Part shown: piece by piece, positions 37,874 to 49,300 of the stretch
Layout: each line of letters opens with the position of its first letter
Numbering within the stretch: position 1 is the stretch's first letter
Source: a virus
Lineage: Duplodnaviria > Caudoviricetes
IMG/VR virus record: IMGVR_UViG_3300027797_000029
Span: 1-62,754 of that record
DNA length: 62,754 bases
Reading direction: 5' to 3' (one strand)
Notes under the pieces: model-generated
What the model saw: only the letters and a program-made list of their open reading frames with translations
The model's database searches: none
What the model was told of the DNA's origin: nothing
Position numbers and translations under genes: made by a program

Positions 37874-39676
37874 ATGTCAGAAAATAAAAAAAATATTTGG
37901 GTAGCGGGGATAACACGTGGCCATAATGCCGGAGTTTGTTTACTGAAAGACGGAGAAATTGTGTTCAGCATTGAAGAGGAGCGACTTACCCGTCAAAAAT
38001 ACGACGGGGGCCCATTGGCAACCATGCTTAAAATACTTGACTACACACCCAAATTAGACTACCTTGTTATTGCACATACTACTCCTAAAGAAACTGCTGG
38101 TAAAATTGACTTTACTGGTGACGATATGTACACTGGTTTTGCTCGTAAATTGGGATTGATTGATAGAAAAGCGGACAAGTGGAAGCATCCTCAAGTTATT
38201 GATCTCAGCCACATACATCACAAGTTACATGCAGCTTGTGCATTTTATCGATCAGGCTTCGAAGAAGCAGTTTCTGTAATTGTGGACGGCGCTGGCACAT
38301 TTTTAGAACTGGAGTTTCAAGGAGAAAAATTAACCGGCTGGGAAACTGAAAGTATTTTTGATTGTGCATACCCTGCAAATTTTACAACACTATACAAACA
38401 TATTGGAATTAGAGAACCCAAACCGGGCGCAATTATTAAGAATTTCTCTGGAGATCGATATAACGAAAAAACAACTCACGAAGCCAGAATTGGAGATTAT
38501 GCTGGAATTGTTAAAGTTTATGAAGCTGTAACAGAGTATTGTGGATTTAGTGCTATTGAAGCTGGAAAAACTATGGGATTGTTTCCTTACGGAAAACTCA
38601 ACAATGGTATTCCGCCGTTATTCGATACCACAGGGACCCATCCAAACTCTAATCGAAATTTAGTTATTCCGAGATATCCAAATGGTGCAATCATCAACCA
38701 TAGCTTATATAGTTTCTTGGATGAACATAACTCAAATGATCTCTCTGAACTGGAAAATCGTCGTGACCTTGCATACGCATGCCAAACACAGACACAAGAA
38801 CAGGTGTTACAATTAATTTTTAAAGCAGTTGAAATGTCTGGAAAAAATAATGTAGTGTTAAGTGGTGGATATGGACTTAACTGTGTGGCTAATTATTTTT
38901 ACCTTGACAAATTAAAAGAAAAAGGTATAAATTTATATGTAGAACCTATCAGCAATGATGCTGGAACTGCAATGGGAGCAGCTATGATGATATATCGATC
39001 TGCAGTTAACGATTCTACTATTACTAAATTCAAAGATAATTTATATCTGGGATTACATAAGACGTATACCGACGACGATATCGAATTAACTTGTGCATTA
39101 TTTGATAATGCCGAATTTATAAATGCAACACATAAAGATGTTGTTGATTTATTACGCAATAAAAATATTGTGGCCGTATTCCAAGGACGCAGTGAAAACG
39201 GGCCCAGAGCGTTGGGCAATCGTAGTATTTTATTTGATCCTACAGTGTTGGATGGCAAAGATTTTGTCAATAGTGTAAAACATCGAGAATATTTTAGACC
39301 GTTTGCTGGAACAATCCTTAAAGAACATGCGCACGATTGGTTTGATTTGCGAGGCATGGAAGAAAGTCCCAGTATGATGTATGCTGTTAATTGTCAACCC
39401 GGAATTGCTGAAAAAATACCCAGTATTATTCACGTAGATGGCACTTGCCGTATACAAACAGTTACTGCAGAACAAAATAAACATTTTTATGATTTAATTA
39501 GTGAATTTTACAAAGAATCAGGAGTACCAATTTTGTTTAATACCAGTTTTAACTTGGGCGGAGACCCGTTGGTTGAAACATTAGAAGACGCATTAGACAC
39601 ACTTGCAAGAAGCGAAATTGAATACTTGTATCTACCAGAAAATAAAAAATTAATTAGAATTCTTAATCAAGAATAA
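37874..39676 (+). CDS. O-carbamoyltransferase (NodU/CmcH/TobZ family)
   Basis: EEER, HHKLHA, DGAG, GKTMGL, LNCVAN, NDAG, GPRALGNRSIL, HVDGTCRIQTV, NTSFN. Confidence 0.92.
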   Translation: MSENKKNIWVAGITRGHNAGVCLLKDGEIVFSIEEERLTRQKYDGGPLATMLKILDYTPKLDYLVIAHTTPKETAGKIDFTGDDMYTGFARKLGLIDRKADKWKHPQVIDLSHIHHKLHAACAFYRSGFEEAVSVIVDGAGTFLELEFQGEKLTGWETESIFDCAYPANFTTLYKHIGIREPKPGAIIKNFSGDRYNEKTTHEARIGDYAGIVKVYEAVTEYCGFSAIEAGKTMGLFPYGKLNNGIPPLFDTTGTHPNSNRNLVIPRYPNGAIINHSLYSFLDEHNSNDLSELENRRDLAYACQTQTQEQVLQLIFKAVEMSGKNNVVLSGGYGLNCVANYFYLDKLKEKGINLYVEPISNDAGTAMGAAMMIYRSAVNDSTITKFKDNLYLGLHKTYTDDDIELTCALFDNAEFINATHKDVVDLLRNKNIVAVFQGRSENGPRALGNRSILFDPTVLDGKDFVNSVKHREYFRPFAGTILKEHAHDWFDLRGMEESPSMMYAVNCQPGIAEKIPSIIHVDGTCRIQTVTAEQNKHFYDLISEFYKESGVPILFNTSFNLGGDPLVETLEDALDTLARSEIEYLYLPENKKLIRILNQE

Positions 39677-39678
39677 CC

Positions 39679-40518
39679 ATGATAGAAATTTTAAATAAAA
39701 CTATAAGATTTGGTGGAGCACAAATTCCTGTTACCCCCGATATACAAAAAAATATCAAATCTATTAAAAAAGCAATCGATTGGGCTGCAGAAAACAAAGT
39801 GGATTACCTAGTAACTCCTGAGGCATCACTTAGTGGATACTCTACAACTTGGTGTGACAATGTTGCAGTTCTGGCAGATTCTCTTAAAGAGATCGAAGTA
39901 TATGCTGCATTAATGAACGTTGGATTGTGTTTAGGCACACTATGGATAGAATCTGAATATGAAAAAGACAATACGTTAAAAGAAATTAAACGAAATCAAC
40001 TGAGATTTTATACAGCAGACGGAAAGTTTATTGGTGTAATTAACAAAACTGTTACAACTCCTCACGATCAGTTGCTTGGATTGGTAGATAGCGTAAACTT
40101 AACAGGAATATTATTAACTTTTGAAAAAATACATATACCAATAGCAGCATTTATATGTGCTGATTTGTATGGTTTAAATAGCGGCCGTGGCGGACTCCCA
40201 GAACAATTATATGATTCCGGAGCCAAGTTATTTTTACATCCTACCAATGCCGAACGAGGATTAGATCCTTTAAGAGATGAAATAGAAGAAATGTGGATAG
40301 AATCGTGGATTAGACGTGTATCATTTAAGCTACGGCCGATAATTTCTGTAGATAATTCTTGTACAATGACCGGTGAGCATTATGATGGAAAAACCATGAC
40401 TCAAAGCGGAGTATGTGCTGGTGGCGTATGGGTTAATACAGTTCCAAGACTTGGTGAACAATATTTTTATCACGATTTTGTATTAAACGATCTTATTTTA
40501 GAAAGAAATCCTTATTAA
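39679..40518 (+). CDS. carbon-nitrogen hydrolase (nitrilase superfamily) 1
   Basis: TPEASLSGY (Glu), INKT (Lys), ICADL (Cys). Confidence 0.85.
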   Translation: MIEILNKTIRFGGAQIPVTPDIQKNIKSIKKAIDWAAENKVDYLVTPEASLSGYSTTWCDNVAVLADSLKEIEVYAALMNVGLCLGTLWIESEYEKDNTLKEIKRNQLRFYTADGKFIGVINKTVTTPHDQLLGLVDSVNLTGILLTFEKIHIPIAAFICADLYGLNSGRGGLPEQLYDSGAKLFLHPTNAERGLDPLRDEIEEMWIESWIRRVSFKLRPIISVDNSCTMTGEHYDGKTMTQSGVCAGGVWVNTVPRLGEQYFYHDFVLNDLILERNPY

Positions 40519-40529
40519 TTAAAAATAAT

Positions 40530-41378
40530 ATGAAAATAATAAAAACTATAAGATTTGGAGTGGCGCAGATTCCTGTCACCCCGTTCCAACAACGAAATAT
40601 TGAAACTATTAAAAAAGCAATCGATTGGGCTGCAGAGAACAAGGTGGATTACCTAGTAACTCCTGAGGCATCACTCAGTGGGTATTCTACAAGCTACTAT
40701 AGAGATTTAGAGTTTTTAAATAGTGGGTTACATGAAATAGAAATGTACGCAATATCAAAAAATGTTGGATTATGTTTGGGCACACTGTGGGTAGAGTATA
40801 ACGAACCAGGACACGAGCAGAAACTTGTAAAAAGAAATCAAATTAGATTTTATACAAAAGAAGGTAGATTTTTAGGTTCGACCAATAAACAAGTATTAAC
40901 TCCTTTGGATTTAGAAATTGGCATTGTAAAAGGAGAAGGGTTAGCAGGAGTCCTCATACCGTTTGAAGATAAAGTTATTCCAGTTGCTGGATTAATTTGT
41001 GCAGATTTATACGGACATTTAAGTAATTATGGTGGTCTTCCACAACAGTATTTCACTATGGGTGCAAAATTACTGATACATTCAACTAATGCAGAACGTG
41101 GTTTAGATAAATTCAAAGATAAACTTGAAGAACAGTGGCTTGAAGCAAACATAACTCGAATTTCATATTTGTTATTTCCAGTAATTTCCGCAGATAATTC
41201 TTACACAATGTCCGGAGAGCCTTATACCGGAAAAACTATAACTCAGAGTGGATTTTGCATTGGTGGTAAATGGGTTAATAAAGTTCCAAGAACAGGTACC
41301 CAATATTCGTATCATGATTTTGATATTAAAAAAATAGCAATAGACTTAGCTGATCTTCCTAAATCCAAATTATCATGA
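40530..41378 (+). CDS. carbon-nitrogen hydrolase 2
   Basis: TPEASLSGY, TNKQ, ICADL. Confidence 0.85.
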   Translation: MKIIKTIRFGVAQIPVTPFQQRNIETIKKAIDWAAENKVDYLVTPEASLSGYSTSYYRDLEFLNSGLHEIEMYAISKNVGLCLGTLWVEYNEPGHEQKLVKRNQIRFYTKEGRFLGSTNKQVLTPLDLEIGIVKGEGLAGVLIPFEDKVIPVAGLICADLYGHLSNYGGLPQQYFTMGAKLLIHSTNAERGLDKFKDKLEEQWLEANITRISYLLFPVISADNSYTMSGEPYTGKTITQSGFCIGGKWVNKVPRTGTQYSYHDFDIKKIAIDLADLPKSKLS

Positions 41379-42211
41379 AAAATACCATAAGATTTGGAGG
41401 TGCGCAGATTCCTGTTACACCTGACATACAACAGAATATCAAAACTATTAAAACAGCAATAGACTGGGCTGCAGAGAACAAGGTGGATTATCTAGTAACT
41501 CCTGAAGCATCACTGAGTGGATATTATACAACAGACGACGCTTCTATTAAAAGTGTAGCAACTGCAATGTCCACGATAGAAAAATATGCAGCCAGTAAAA
41601 AAATAGGTCTGTGTCTAGGTACAATATGGGACGAAGCAGAAGTTGATAAAACTGTAAGACGTAATCAGATCAGATTTTACAATCGGAAAGGGTTGCTGTG
41701 CGGCGTTACTAATAAAAGGTATGCCATCGAATTTGATCGAACAATCGGTGTAACGGGCGACAACAATGCAACATTGATACCCTTGCCAATTAAAAATAAA
41801 CTTATACCTGTTGGCGGCCTAATATGTATAGATATGTATGTGTCATCACCTGAGGAAATGACCCCAATTTTGAAATTGAATGCGCAAGGCGCAAAATTAA
41901 TAATACACTCAACTAATGCAGCACGTAATGTGTCAGTAAAAAACAAACCTAGTGTAGAACTAGCAGACAAAATAGCTAATGATTGGCACGATATATGTTT
42001 AAGACGTGCGTCGTTTCTAACAAATCTCCCAATTATAACGGTGGATAATTGTTACATGGCTGACGGTACTGAATATCACGGTCCTACATCTAGTGAAAGC
42101 GGTGTGTTAATTAATGGAGAGTGGGTCACTAAAATACCTAGAACTGGAACTCAGTATTTTTACCACGATTTTAACATTGACGAAGTGGCAATTGATTGGC
42201 CAAAAAACTAA
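41375..42211 (+). CDS. carbon-nitrogen hydrolase 3
   Basis: TPEASLSGY, TNKR, ICIDM. Confidence 0.85.
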   Translation: MKNTIRFGGAQIPVTPDIQQNIKTIKTAIDWAAENKVDYLVTPEASLSGYYTTDDASIKSVATAMSTIEKYAASKKIGLCLGTIWDEAEVDKTVRRNQIRFYNRKGLLCGVTNKRYAIEFDRTIGVTGDNNATLIPLPIKNKLIPVGGLICIDMYVSSPEEMTPILKLNAQGAKLIIHSTNAARNVSVKNKPSVELADKIANDWHDICLRRASFLTNLPIITVDNCYMADGTEYHGPTSSESGVLINGEWVTKIPRTGTQYFYHDFNIDEVAIDWPKN

Positions 42212-42212
42212 T

Positions 42213-42842
42213 TTAGTTTAAACTGTCAGCAAATGCCATCAAGCTATCAAATACTTGTGTGCGTTTACGCAAGTTTCGATTAGCAAATGTTTCCAACTTC
42301 TTGCTAGTTTCCACCCATTCACCAGACTTGATCAGCACAGGCTTCGATTTGATATTTTCAGCGGCTTTTAAATCACTGATTTTATCACCCACAAACCAGC
42401 CTTCTTTAAATTTAACATTGTGTTCACGCTCTGCTCGATGAAACATACCAATATTAGGTAACGCAAACATATCTTCTTTCATTTTGCTAGTGGAATAATA
42501 CATGGCGTCTATACTAGGGCACCCTGCTGAACCAAACAGTTCCAGCATATGTTGATTAACCACATCCACTTCAGCGGTGGTCAATCTGCCTTCGCTAATG
42601 CCATATTGGTTGGACAGGATTACAATGCGGTAGCCTTTTTTTCGCATCACTGCCACAGCTTCTGCAGCTCCGGGTATAATTTCAAATTCGTCTGGTTTGG
42701 TCACATGGCTGGTTTTTGCATAGTTGATAACACCGTCACGTGAAATACCAATAACTGGTTTTGTAAACTGAGATGAAAAGTTTGGTATTTTTTGTAAAGA
42801 TGCAATATCAACATCTTTGTCTAGTAGGTTTCGTAGGTTCAT
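42213..42842 (-). CDS. GmhB/HisB-N-like HAD-IIIA phosphatase homolog with altered catalytic residues
   Basis: SRDGVIN (usually DRDG), SNQYGI, ALPNIGM (usually RKP..GM), VGDKISDLKAA. Confidence 0.8.
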   Translation of the reverse strand: MNLRNLLDKDVDIASLQKIPNFSSQFTKPVIGISRDGVINYAKTSHVTKPDEFEIIPGAAEAVAVMRKKGYRIVILSNQYGISEGRLTTAEVDVVNQHMLELFGSAGCPSIDAMYYSTSKMKEDMFALPNIGMFHRAEREHNVKFKEGWFVGDKISDLKAAENIKSKPVLIKSGEWVETSKKLETFANRNLRKRTQVFDSLMAFADSLN

Positions 42843-42967
42843 ACTGTATTTTAACAGCCTTTATAATAAAAGTAAATCTCTATGGCAAACTTAATTAGCT
42901 AAAATACAGGGTTATTACTAGATTTTTGAATAGATATTTGAATAAATACTTAAACTGGGATTGATCA

Positions 42968-45514
42968 ATGACTCAAATAGCTAATACGTTTTTTACCCGC
43001 GGCAGTAATTCGACGATTCAGCTGGCCCGCGGCACTAATTTATCGTATCAAAGTACCGGTTTAGCCATCTATACTAGTACAGAAATTGACACATGGTACA
43101 TTGGTGACTTTGTATCAGCAGAATATATTATCAATGCTGAATACGGATTAAATGAGCGAGAAACTATCCATGCTACACTGGTAGCAATGCCTGGACAAAG
43201 CAGTATTACCGTGTACGGCAGAACTAGTCTTACTCGCCCACTGATCAATGTTAGATCTTCAGCAACAAATTCGCATGCTGGCTTGATAGTTGAGCCAGCC
43301 AGTTCTATGGTACAGGGCAGCATCATAACACTATTTGCAAACTATGCCAAAACTAGCTTGCCTGTAAAACCTATGAATGCCCCAGCTATTACTGGAGCAT
43401 GCTATTGGAATCATGCATACAATGCAACTACACTGACAATCAACGTTCCGTTATCAACTGTTACTGGCACAATACTTGTTGGACAACGGGTATCCAACAC
43501 ACTTCTTCCAGTAAATGCACTAGTAAAATCGTGGACGCCTGTGTCCAGCACAGCTGGAGTTGGTTCGTTAGTTATAACAGGATTTTTATCAACAACTATT
43601 TTAGCTGGAGTTAATCAGCAATTAACATTTACCACAAGTCCTACTCAATTAAACAATTTGTTAAATGTTATTCAGCCAGTAAGAAGTTTTAGTTCAATAA
43701 TTATACCAGGTCAAAAAACAATTGATGCCAAAGTAGCCGACGATTATTTAAATTTAAAAGCTGAAAACGGTATTAAGATATCATCAAATCAAAGTGACAG
43801 AAGTATTACTATCAAAAATCAAGGCATTACACAAATTTCAGTGTTAGGCCAAAGCGATATTAATCCTGCTATAAATTTAATTAAATCAACTGAAGTTTCC
43901 TTAAACAGCAACGCAACCACCATCCAATTGGGATCTTCAAGACCTACTCAGTCAACAACATGGACACTGACCAACGGCCGTATCACGTTGCAGTCATCTG
44001 GTTTACCTTATCACAGCTATGGCAATTATCCAACTTCCCCAGTTATTCCAATTAATCAAAATTATAATCTAACTTGGACATTAAGGGCAGGAACAAATCA
44101 ACCATCCTTCCCAAATTTTATTAGTTTATCATACACTGCTATAGGATACTGGCTGAACGGTGTGGCCATGTATAGTCCTAAAACAGCAGCCGGTCCCGCC
44201 AATAATAATCCAAATATATATTACCCTCAGTGGGAATACAATACTTCTTATCAATCTGGTATTGACAACGGCTATGTGTTTGGAAACGATCTAGCCGGCG
44301 GCATAACTGATCCTGCTATTACTGGCACATATAATTATAGAGATTTTAAGTTTGGCACAGCATGGACAAACGGATCTGGATACGCCAATGGCGGCACACA
44401 GGGAGGATACCCAACTGGAACGTCTGATGCCACACTAATTCCTTATCTTAACGGAAAGTTGCAACATGAAGACGGTCACAGCAAAATTTTAGGATTTGCA
44501 TTAGACGGATATCCTGTGTACGGACCATACGGCTATACCACGCCTACAGATAACACCAGTACTGTGAAAATAATTACCAGTGGTTATTCGCTTAACACCA
44601 CACGAACAGCAATAATTAGAATTGTTGGCGGATTACCAGTACCTATATTGCCGCCAGTGGGACTAGCAACAGAAGGCAAGTATCCGCTAGGTACATTTGT
44701 TCAAGACTATTCATATGTTGGAGGTGGTGACTTAGATGAGCACAACGGACGATATTGTGTAACACCTGATTATCCTAGTGGAACATATGCTTATTTTACA
44801 ACAGTTGACACCAGTTTAAAACCAACATATCCATATGTAATTGGAAATACATTCTACGGTGTTCCATATACAAATTCAGTAGGTGTTGGATTTGCACCAA
44901 CTAGTATTACATCTGGATCAACCACACTGAATGTGGTTCAGGGCGACCACATAACACTCACAACCAAGTCAACAACTAATCAATTAACTATTACTGCAGA
45001 TGGCCAAACACTCACCACCGACGATGTTGTTACAAAGACACAAACAACCAACATCATAACTGGTGCAAACGGAATTACAACAAGTCAATCAGGTACCAAC
45101 ACGTTGACAATTCGCAACAATGTCAGTGTTTATAACAAATTATATGGTGATACCAACCCAGCTGCTGGATTTTCTTCTGCTACAAGCATTGCCAGCACGT
45201 TCAAAATATTAGGCACTGGCGCCAGTTACTCAGGAACAGCTGGCAGGCAAGCTGGTATCAGCACAATTTTGGTGTCTCAAGATGCCACTCATGGTGACTA
45301 CATACAGTTGCTCAACACTGGAGTTTTAGGTTTAAACAATGGCACTTCGGTTATTACAGGAACAGCTGGCAATTTACAACCAAGCGATATCATAAACACT
45401 GTTAATTCGCAACAACTGGTATTAACAAGTGCTAGTGGTGCGATAACTACAAATCCAGGATTACAACCAGGTTTGGTAATTTCAGCAATGATGTATTTCT
45501 TGTCTGCCGGCTAA
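42968..45514 (+). CDS. virion protein with YHYH-family domain
   Basis: IGYWLNGV, GHSKILGFALDGYPVYGPYG, GDLDEHNGRYCVTPDYP.GTYAYF. Confidence 0.75.
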   Translation: MTQIANTFFTRGSNSTIQLARGTNLSYQSTGLAIYTSTEIDTWYIGDFVSAEYIINAEYGLNERETIHATLVAMPGQSSITVYGRTSLTRPLINVRSSATNSHAGLIVEPASSMVQGSIITLFANYAKTSLPVKPMNAPAITGACYWNHAYNATTLTINVPLSTVTGTILVGQRVSNTLLPVNALVKSWTPVSSTAGVGSLVITGFLSTTILAGVNQQLTFTTSPTQLNNLLNVIQPVRSFSSIIIPGQKTIDAKVADDYLNLKAENGIKISSNQSDRSITIKNQGITQISVLGQSDINPAINLIKSTEVSLNSNATTIQLGSSRPTQSTTWTLTNGRITLQSSGLPYHSYGNYPTSPVIPINQNYNLTWTLRAGTNQPSFPNFISLSYTAIGYWLNGVAMYSPKTAAGPANNNPNIYYPQWEYNTSYQSGIDNGYVFGNDLAGGITDPAITGTYNYRDFKFGTAWTNGSGYANGGTQGGYPTGTSDATLIPYLNGKLQHEDGHSKILGFALDGYPVYGPYGYTTPTDNTSTVKIITSGYSLNTTRTAIIRIVGGLPVPILPPVGLATEGKYPLGTFVQDYSYVGGGDLDEHNGRYCVTPDYPSGTYAYFTTVDTSLKPTYPYVIGNTFYGVPYTNSVGVGFAPTSITSGSTTLNVVQGDHITLTTKSTTNQLTITADGQTLTTDDVVTKTQTTNIITGANGITTSQSGTNTLTIRNNVSVYNKLYGDTNPAAGFSSATSIASTFKILGTGASYSGTAGRQAGISTILVSQDATHGDYIQLLNTGVLGLNNGTSVITGTAGNLQPSDIINTVNSQQLVLTSASGAITTNPGLQPGLVISAMMYFLSAG

Positions 45515-45568
45515 TTGATAAAAACCACAAATCACAGCATGTGATAAATATACTACAAGGAATTCAGA

Positions 45569-46324
45569 ATGGCAAACTTAACTAGTCCGTTTACAATAGA
45601 TCCGCTGTCGTCTGCAACGGGGTTCTCCAGCCCTAATTTTGCCGTAGACGCCAACGGAAATATCAGTATGAACGGAAATCTAGTAATAAACAGCGGTAAT
45701 ATTACTAACGGTGCTACGGTATTATTAAGTCCAACCACACTGGGTTCGGGTATTACAGGCAGTAGTTTGACTAGCCTAGGAACACTTAACGGCTTGACTG
45801 TTGTTAATCCTATTGTAGGCAACGTTTCTGGATATGCTGCTAGTTTATTTGCACAAAACAGCACAGTGACAATTGACGGCGCCAACAACATAGGCATTGT
45901 CAGCAATAATTCACAGTCTTGGAGTTTTAGAGCCGACGGTTCAACACGTTTTCCTAATTATACTTTTCCAGCAGCTCGTGGAACTACTGGCCAAGTGCTG
46001 GTTGGCGATGGCGCTGGCAATTTATCTTGGACTACTCTCAACACAGGCGGCGGCTCGGTTATCACAGCAGGAAATTTGACAGGCGCTACACTGGCAAGCA
46101 ATGTGCTTGCATCTAGCCTAACCAGTGTGGGAGCATTGACCTCATTAACGGTGATTGGAATAAGTAGCTTTGCTACAGGATCATTTAGTGGAAATTACAC
46201 AGCAACCACTGCAACATTTTCAGGAAATATTACAGCAACCGCTGCTCCCACAGCCGCAGGACATTTAACAAACAAACAATATGTGGATGCACAGGCAATT
46301 GCATTGTCTGTAGGACTAAGTTAA
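45569..46324 (+). CDS. short fibre-like protein
   Basis: SSLTSLG/SSLTSVG repeats, GQVL..DG.GNLSW, TNKQYVD. Confidence 0.7.
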   Translation: MANLTSPFTIDPLSSATGFSSPNFAVDANGNISMNGNLVINSGNITNGATVLLSPTTLGSGITGSSLTSLGTLNGLTVVNPIVGNVSGYAASLFAQNSTVTIDGANNIGIVSNNSQSWSFRADGSTRFPNYTFPAARGTTGQVLVGDGAGNLSWTTLNTGGGSVITAGNLTGATLASNVLASSLTSVGALTSLTVIGISSFATGSFSGNYTATTATFSGNITATAAPTAAGHLTNKQYVDAQAIALSVGLS

Positions 46325-46348
46325 CAATAAAAATGGAAACGAAATAAA

Positions 46349-49300
46349 ATGGCAAAACAGCTTTTACGAACATATGTTTTTACACCAGGTGGTGCCGGCG
46401 CAGGTACAATTATATTGCCAGGCAATTACACATTAAATCAACTGTTATTGATAACCAATACCACTAGCAATGTTATTATATATAATTTTGCCAACGTTGG
46501 CAATACTGGCACAACAGCAACGTTTACTAGAGCTGCACATCCATCGTTCCCAGGACAGTTGGGAAACAGTGACGGATACACAACAATCACCCTAGCTGTG
46601 GCAACCACAGCAATGAATGCAACTGACAATCTGCAAATATTCGTTGATACGCCTTACCAACTGGTAAAAATGGCTGTTGCTGGCACGGATGCATGGGAAC
46701 GTACTCGCATGTCGCAACCGCAATCCATGCTTGACGCTGACTTTGAGTACGGATTACAGCCCACCAAGTGGCAACAGTTGTCTTTGCTGAATAATTATCC
46801 ATCAATATATGAAATTTCAGGCAGCGACATGGCAATTACCACAGTAACTACAGATGCATCTGTGGGAGCAGGCGGAGTGGGTGCAAGTTTGATCACAGTG
46901 AACACATTGGCAGTGCATGGTTTAGTGGCAGGACAACCGGTAACAGTCAAGGGTTATCTAAACACCATTTTGGGATTCAGTCGAGCGGAGGGTTCGTTTT
47001 TTGTCAACACAGTGCCTACACCTACCAGTTTCACTTATTATGCCAAGTCAAAGACAGGCGTAAATAGTGGCGATGTTATCAGTGCTGCCTACACCATTGT
47101 GCGTAAAGGTGGCTTGTATACTGGTTCCAGTATTGGTGTTCCTACCTTCTCAGTGAGCAATGCCAGCAGTCCGTCAACTATCACAGTGACATTTGCTACT
47201 TTTCACGGATTAGTAGCTGGTCAAACTATATTGACAGCAATTACCAGTACAGGTTCAAATCATGGATTTGCACAGGGGCCGTTCTTTGTGGAAACAGTTG
47301 TTTCTTTAAACACAATTACCTACACAGCTAGATCCGCTGGAACTATTGATACTGGTACAGCAATGAATGGTGCGGTATATGCTAGACCTGATGCATTTTA
47401 CATACATAGACCTTTTGACGGAGGAGTCATGCTGGGCACTGGCGGCCCCCAATATGGTTTGCAAGCAATACGTATGAGTAAAAAATACATACGTTATCAG
47501 TCAGGCAAAGCCATTAACTATAACACTGGTTTATTATTGGCACCCAGCTATGACATAAGAAGTCTAGTTGCATCGCCTGCATTGACTTACGGAGTGATAA
47601 CTGGTTGTGCTGGAAGTGGAACTACTATTACTGTGGGCAGCACGGCTGGTCTAGTGACGGGTCAATCAGTTGTGGTAACATCAGGTGTTGGTGTATTTGC
47701 AAGAGGCACAACTATTACTGGAGTCAGTGCCGGTACTATCACAATTTCTGCCGCACCAACAGTGGCACTGGTCAATGCCAGTGTCACATACAGCGCAACA
47801 ATTACTGTTTCAACAGACGATACAGATCATGGTTTCCAACCAGGTGCTTATATTCAAATTTCTGGTGTAACATCAAGTGGGTACAACGGATTTTACAATG
47901 TGGCCAGTATAACTGATGAAAGAACGTTTACTCTTGCAGCAACTGGTGTGTTGGGACATACCACAGCTTTGTTTGGCGATCCTTGCCAAGTCAGTTTAAT
48001 TGCTTGGTATGGATCCACAGTTCGTGCAGGCACATTTGATGAACAAAACGGACAGTACTGGCAATATGACGGCACAACTATTGGAGTAGGTTATAGATCA
48101 AGTACATTCCAACTGGCAGGTACATTATCAGTGACACCTGACAGCAACACAGTGACTGGAACCAATACTAGATTCTCAACCCAAGTGGCCGCAGGCGATC
48201 GTATTGTTATCAAAGGCATGACACACAAAATATCAAATGTGGTAAGTGACACGCTGATGTATGTTACACCAGACTACCGCGGTGTCTCATCGCAAAGTGG
48301 TGTTAAAGCAGCTAAAACAATTGACTTTTTACATCCTCAAAACACATGGAACTTGGATCGTTGTGATGGAACAAACAGTGTGTTCAATCCCAGTGGATTT
48401 TTGTTCAACCCAAACAAAATGCAGATGGTTGGTATACAGTGGACTTGGTACGGTGCTGGATTTATTGACTGGATGTTGCGTGGTCCTGAAGGCAATTACA
48501 TCACAGTGCATCGTGTAAAACACAGCAACGTCAATACTGAAGCGTACATGCGTTCAGGCAACATGCCAGTGCGTTATGAAGTTATCAACGAAGGCCCTAG
48601 AACTGTGTTGAGTGCTCCGTGTACCAGCAACGACACTGTGTTATCAGTTGGTGACACCAGTTTATTTCCGCCAGCTGGTGTGCTTAATCAAGAAGGTGAA
48701 ATTATTCAGTACACTGGAAAAACACTAACATCGTTTACAGGATGTACTCGCGGCACAAATTATTCAGTATTTGCATCAGGTCTTAACAGAACATTCCAGG
48801 GCACAACAGGTAGCGGTCAGCCAACTGGCACTGGACTATATTTGTTAACACAAACAGCCACACCAAACATCAGTCACTGGGGCTCAGCATTTATTACAGA
48901 CGGTGGATTCGACCAAGACCGAGGATATTTGTTCAACTATGTTGGTACCAACATCAGTGTATCCAGCACAATTCAAACAGCATTCTTGTTACGTCTAGCA
49001 CCCAGTGTCAGTAATGCCACAGTAGGCGACCTAGGCGACAGAGAGTTGTTAAATCGTGCGCAATTATTGCTACAAAATATTGACTGTGCTGTGGACAGCG
49101 GAGCAACTGGTGGTATTGTTATTCAGGGTATTTTGAATCCCAGCAACTATCCAACTAACCCCAGCAACATTCAGTGGACTGGATTAAGTACTCAAGCTGC
49201 AGGCGGCCAACCCAGTTTTAGTCAAATTGCTCCTGGTGGTAGTGTGACATGGAGCACTGGGGCAACTGTTGTGGGCACTGCTATCACAACTCAAGCGTTT

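Noticed and set aside
37874-39676. Carbamoyltransferase as a DNA-hypermodification enzyme
   Set aside because: Not excluded, but no hydroxymethylase, TET/JBP or methylase is adjacent, and the context is tail fibres, so it ranks lower.
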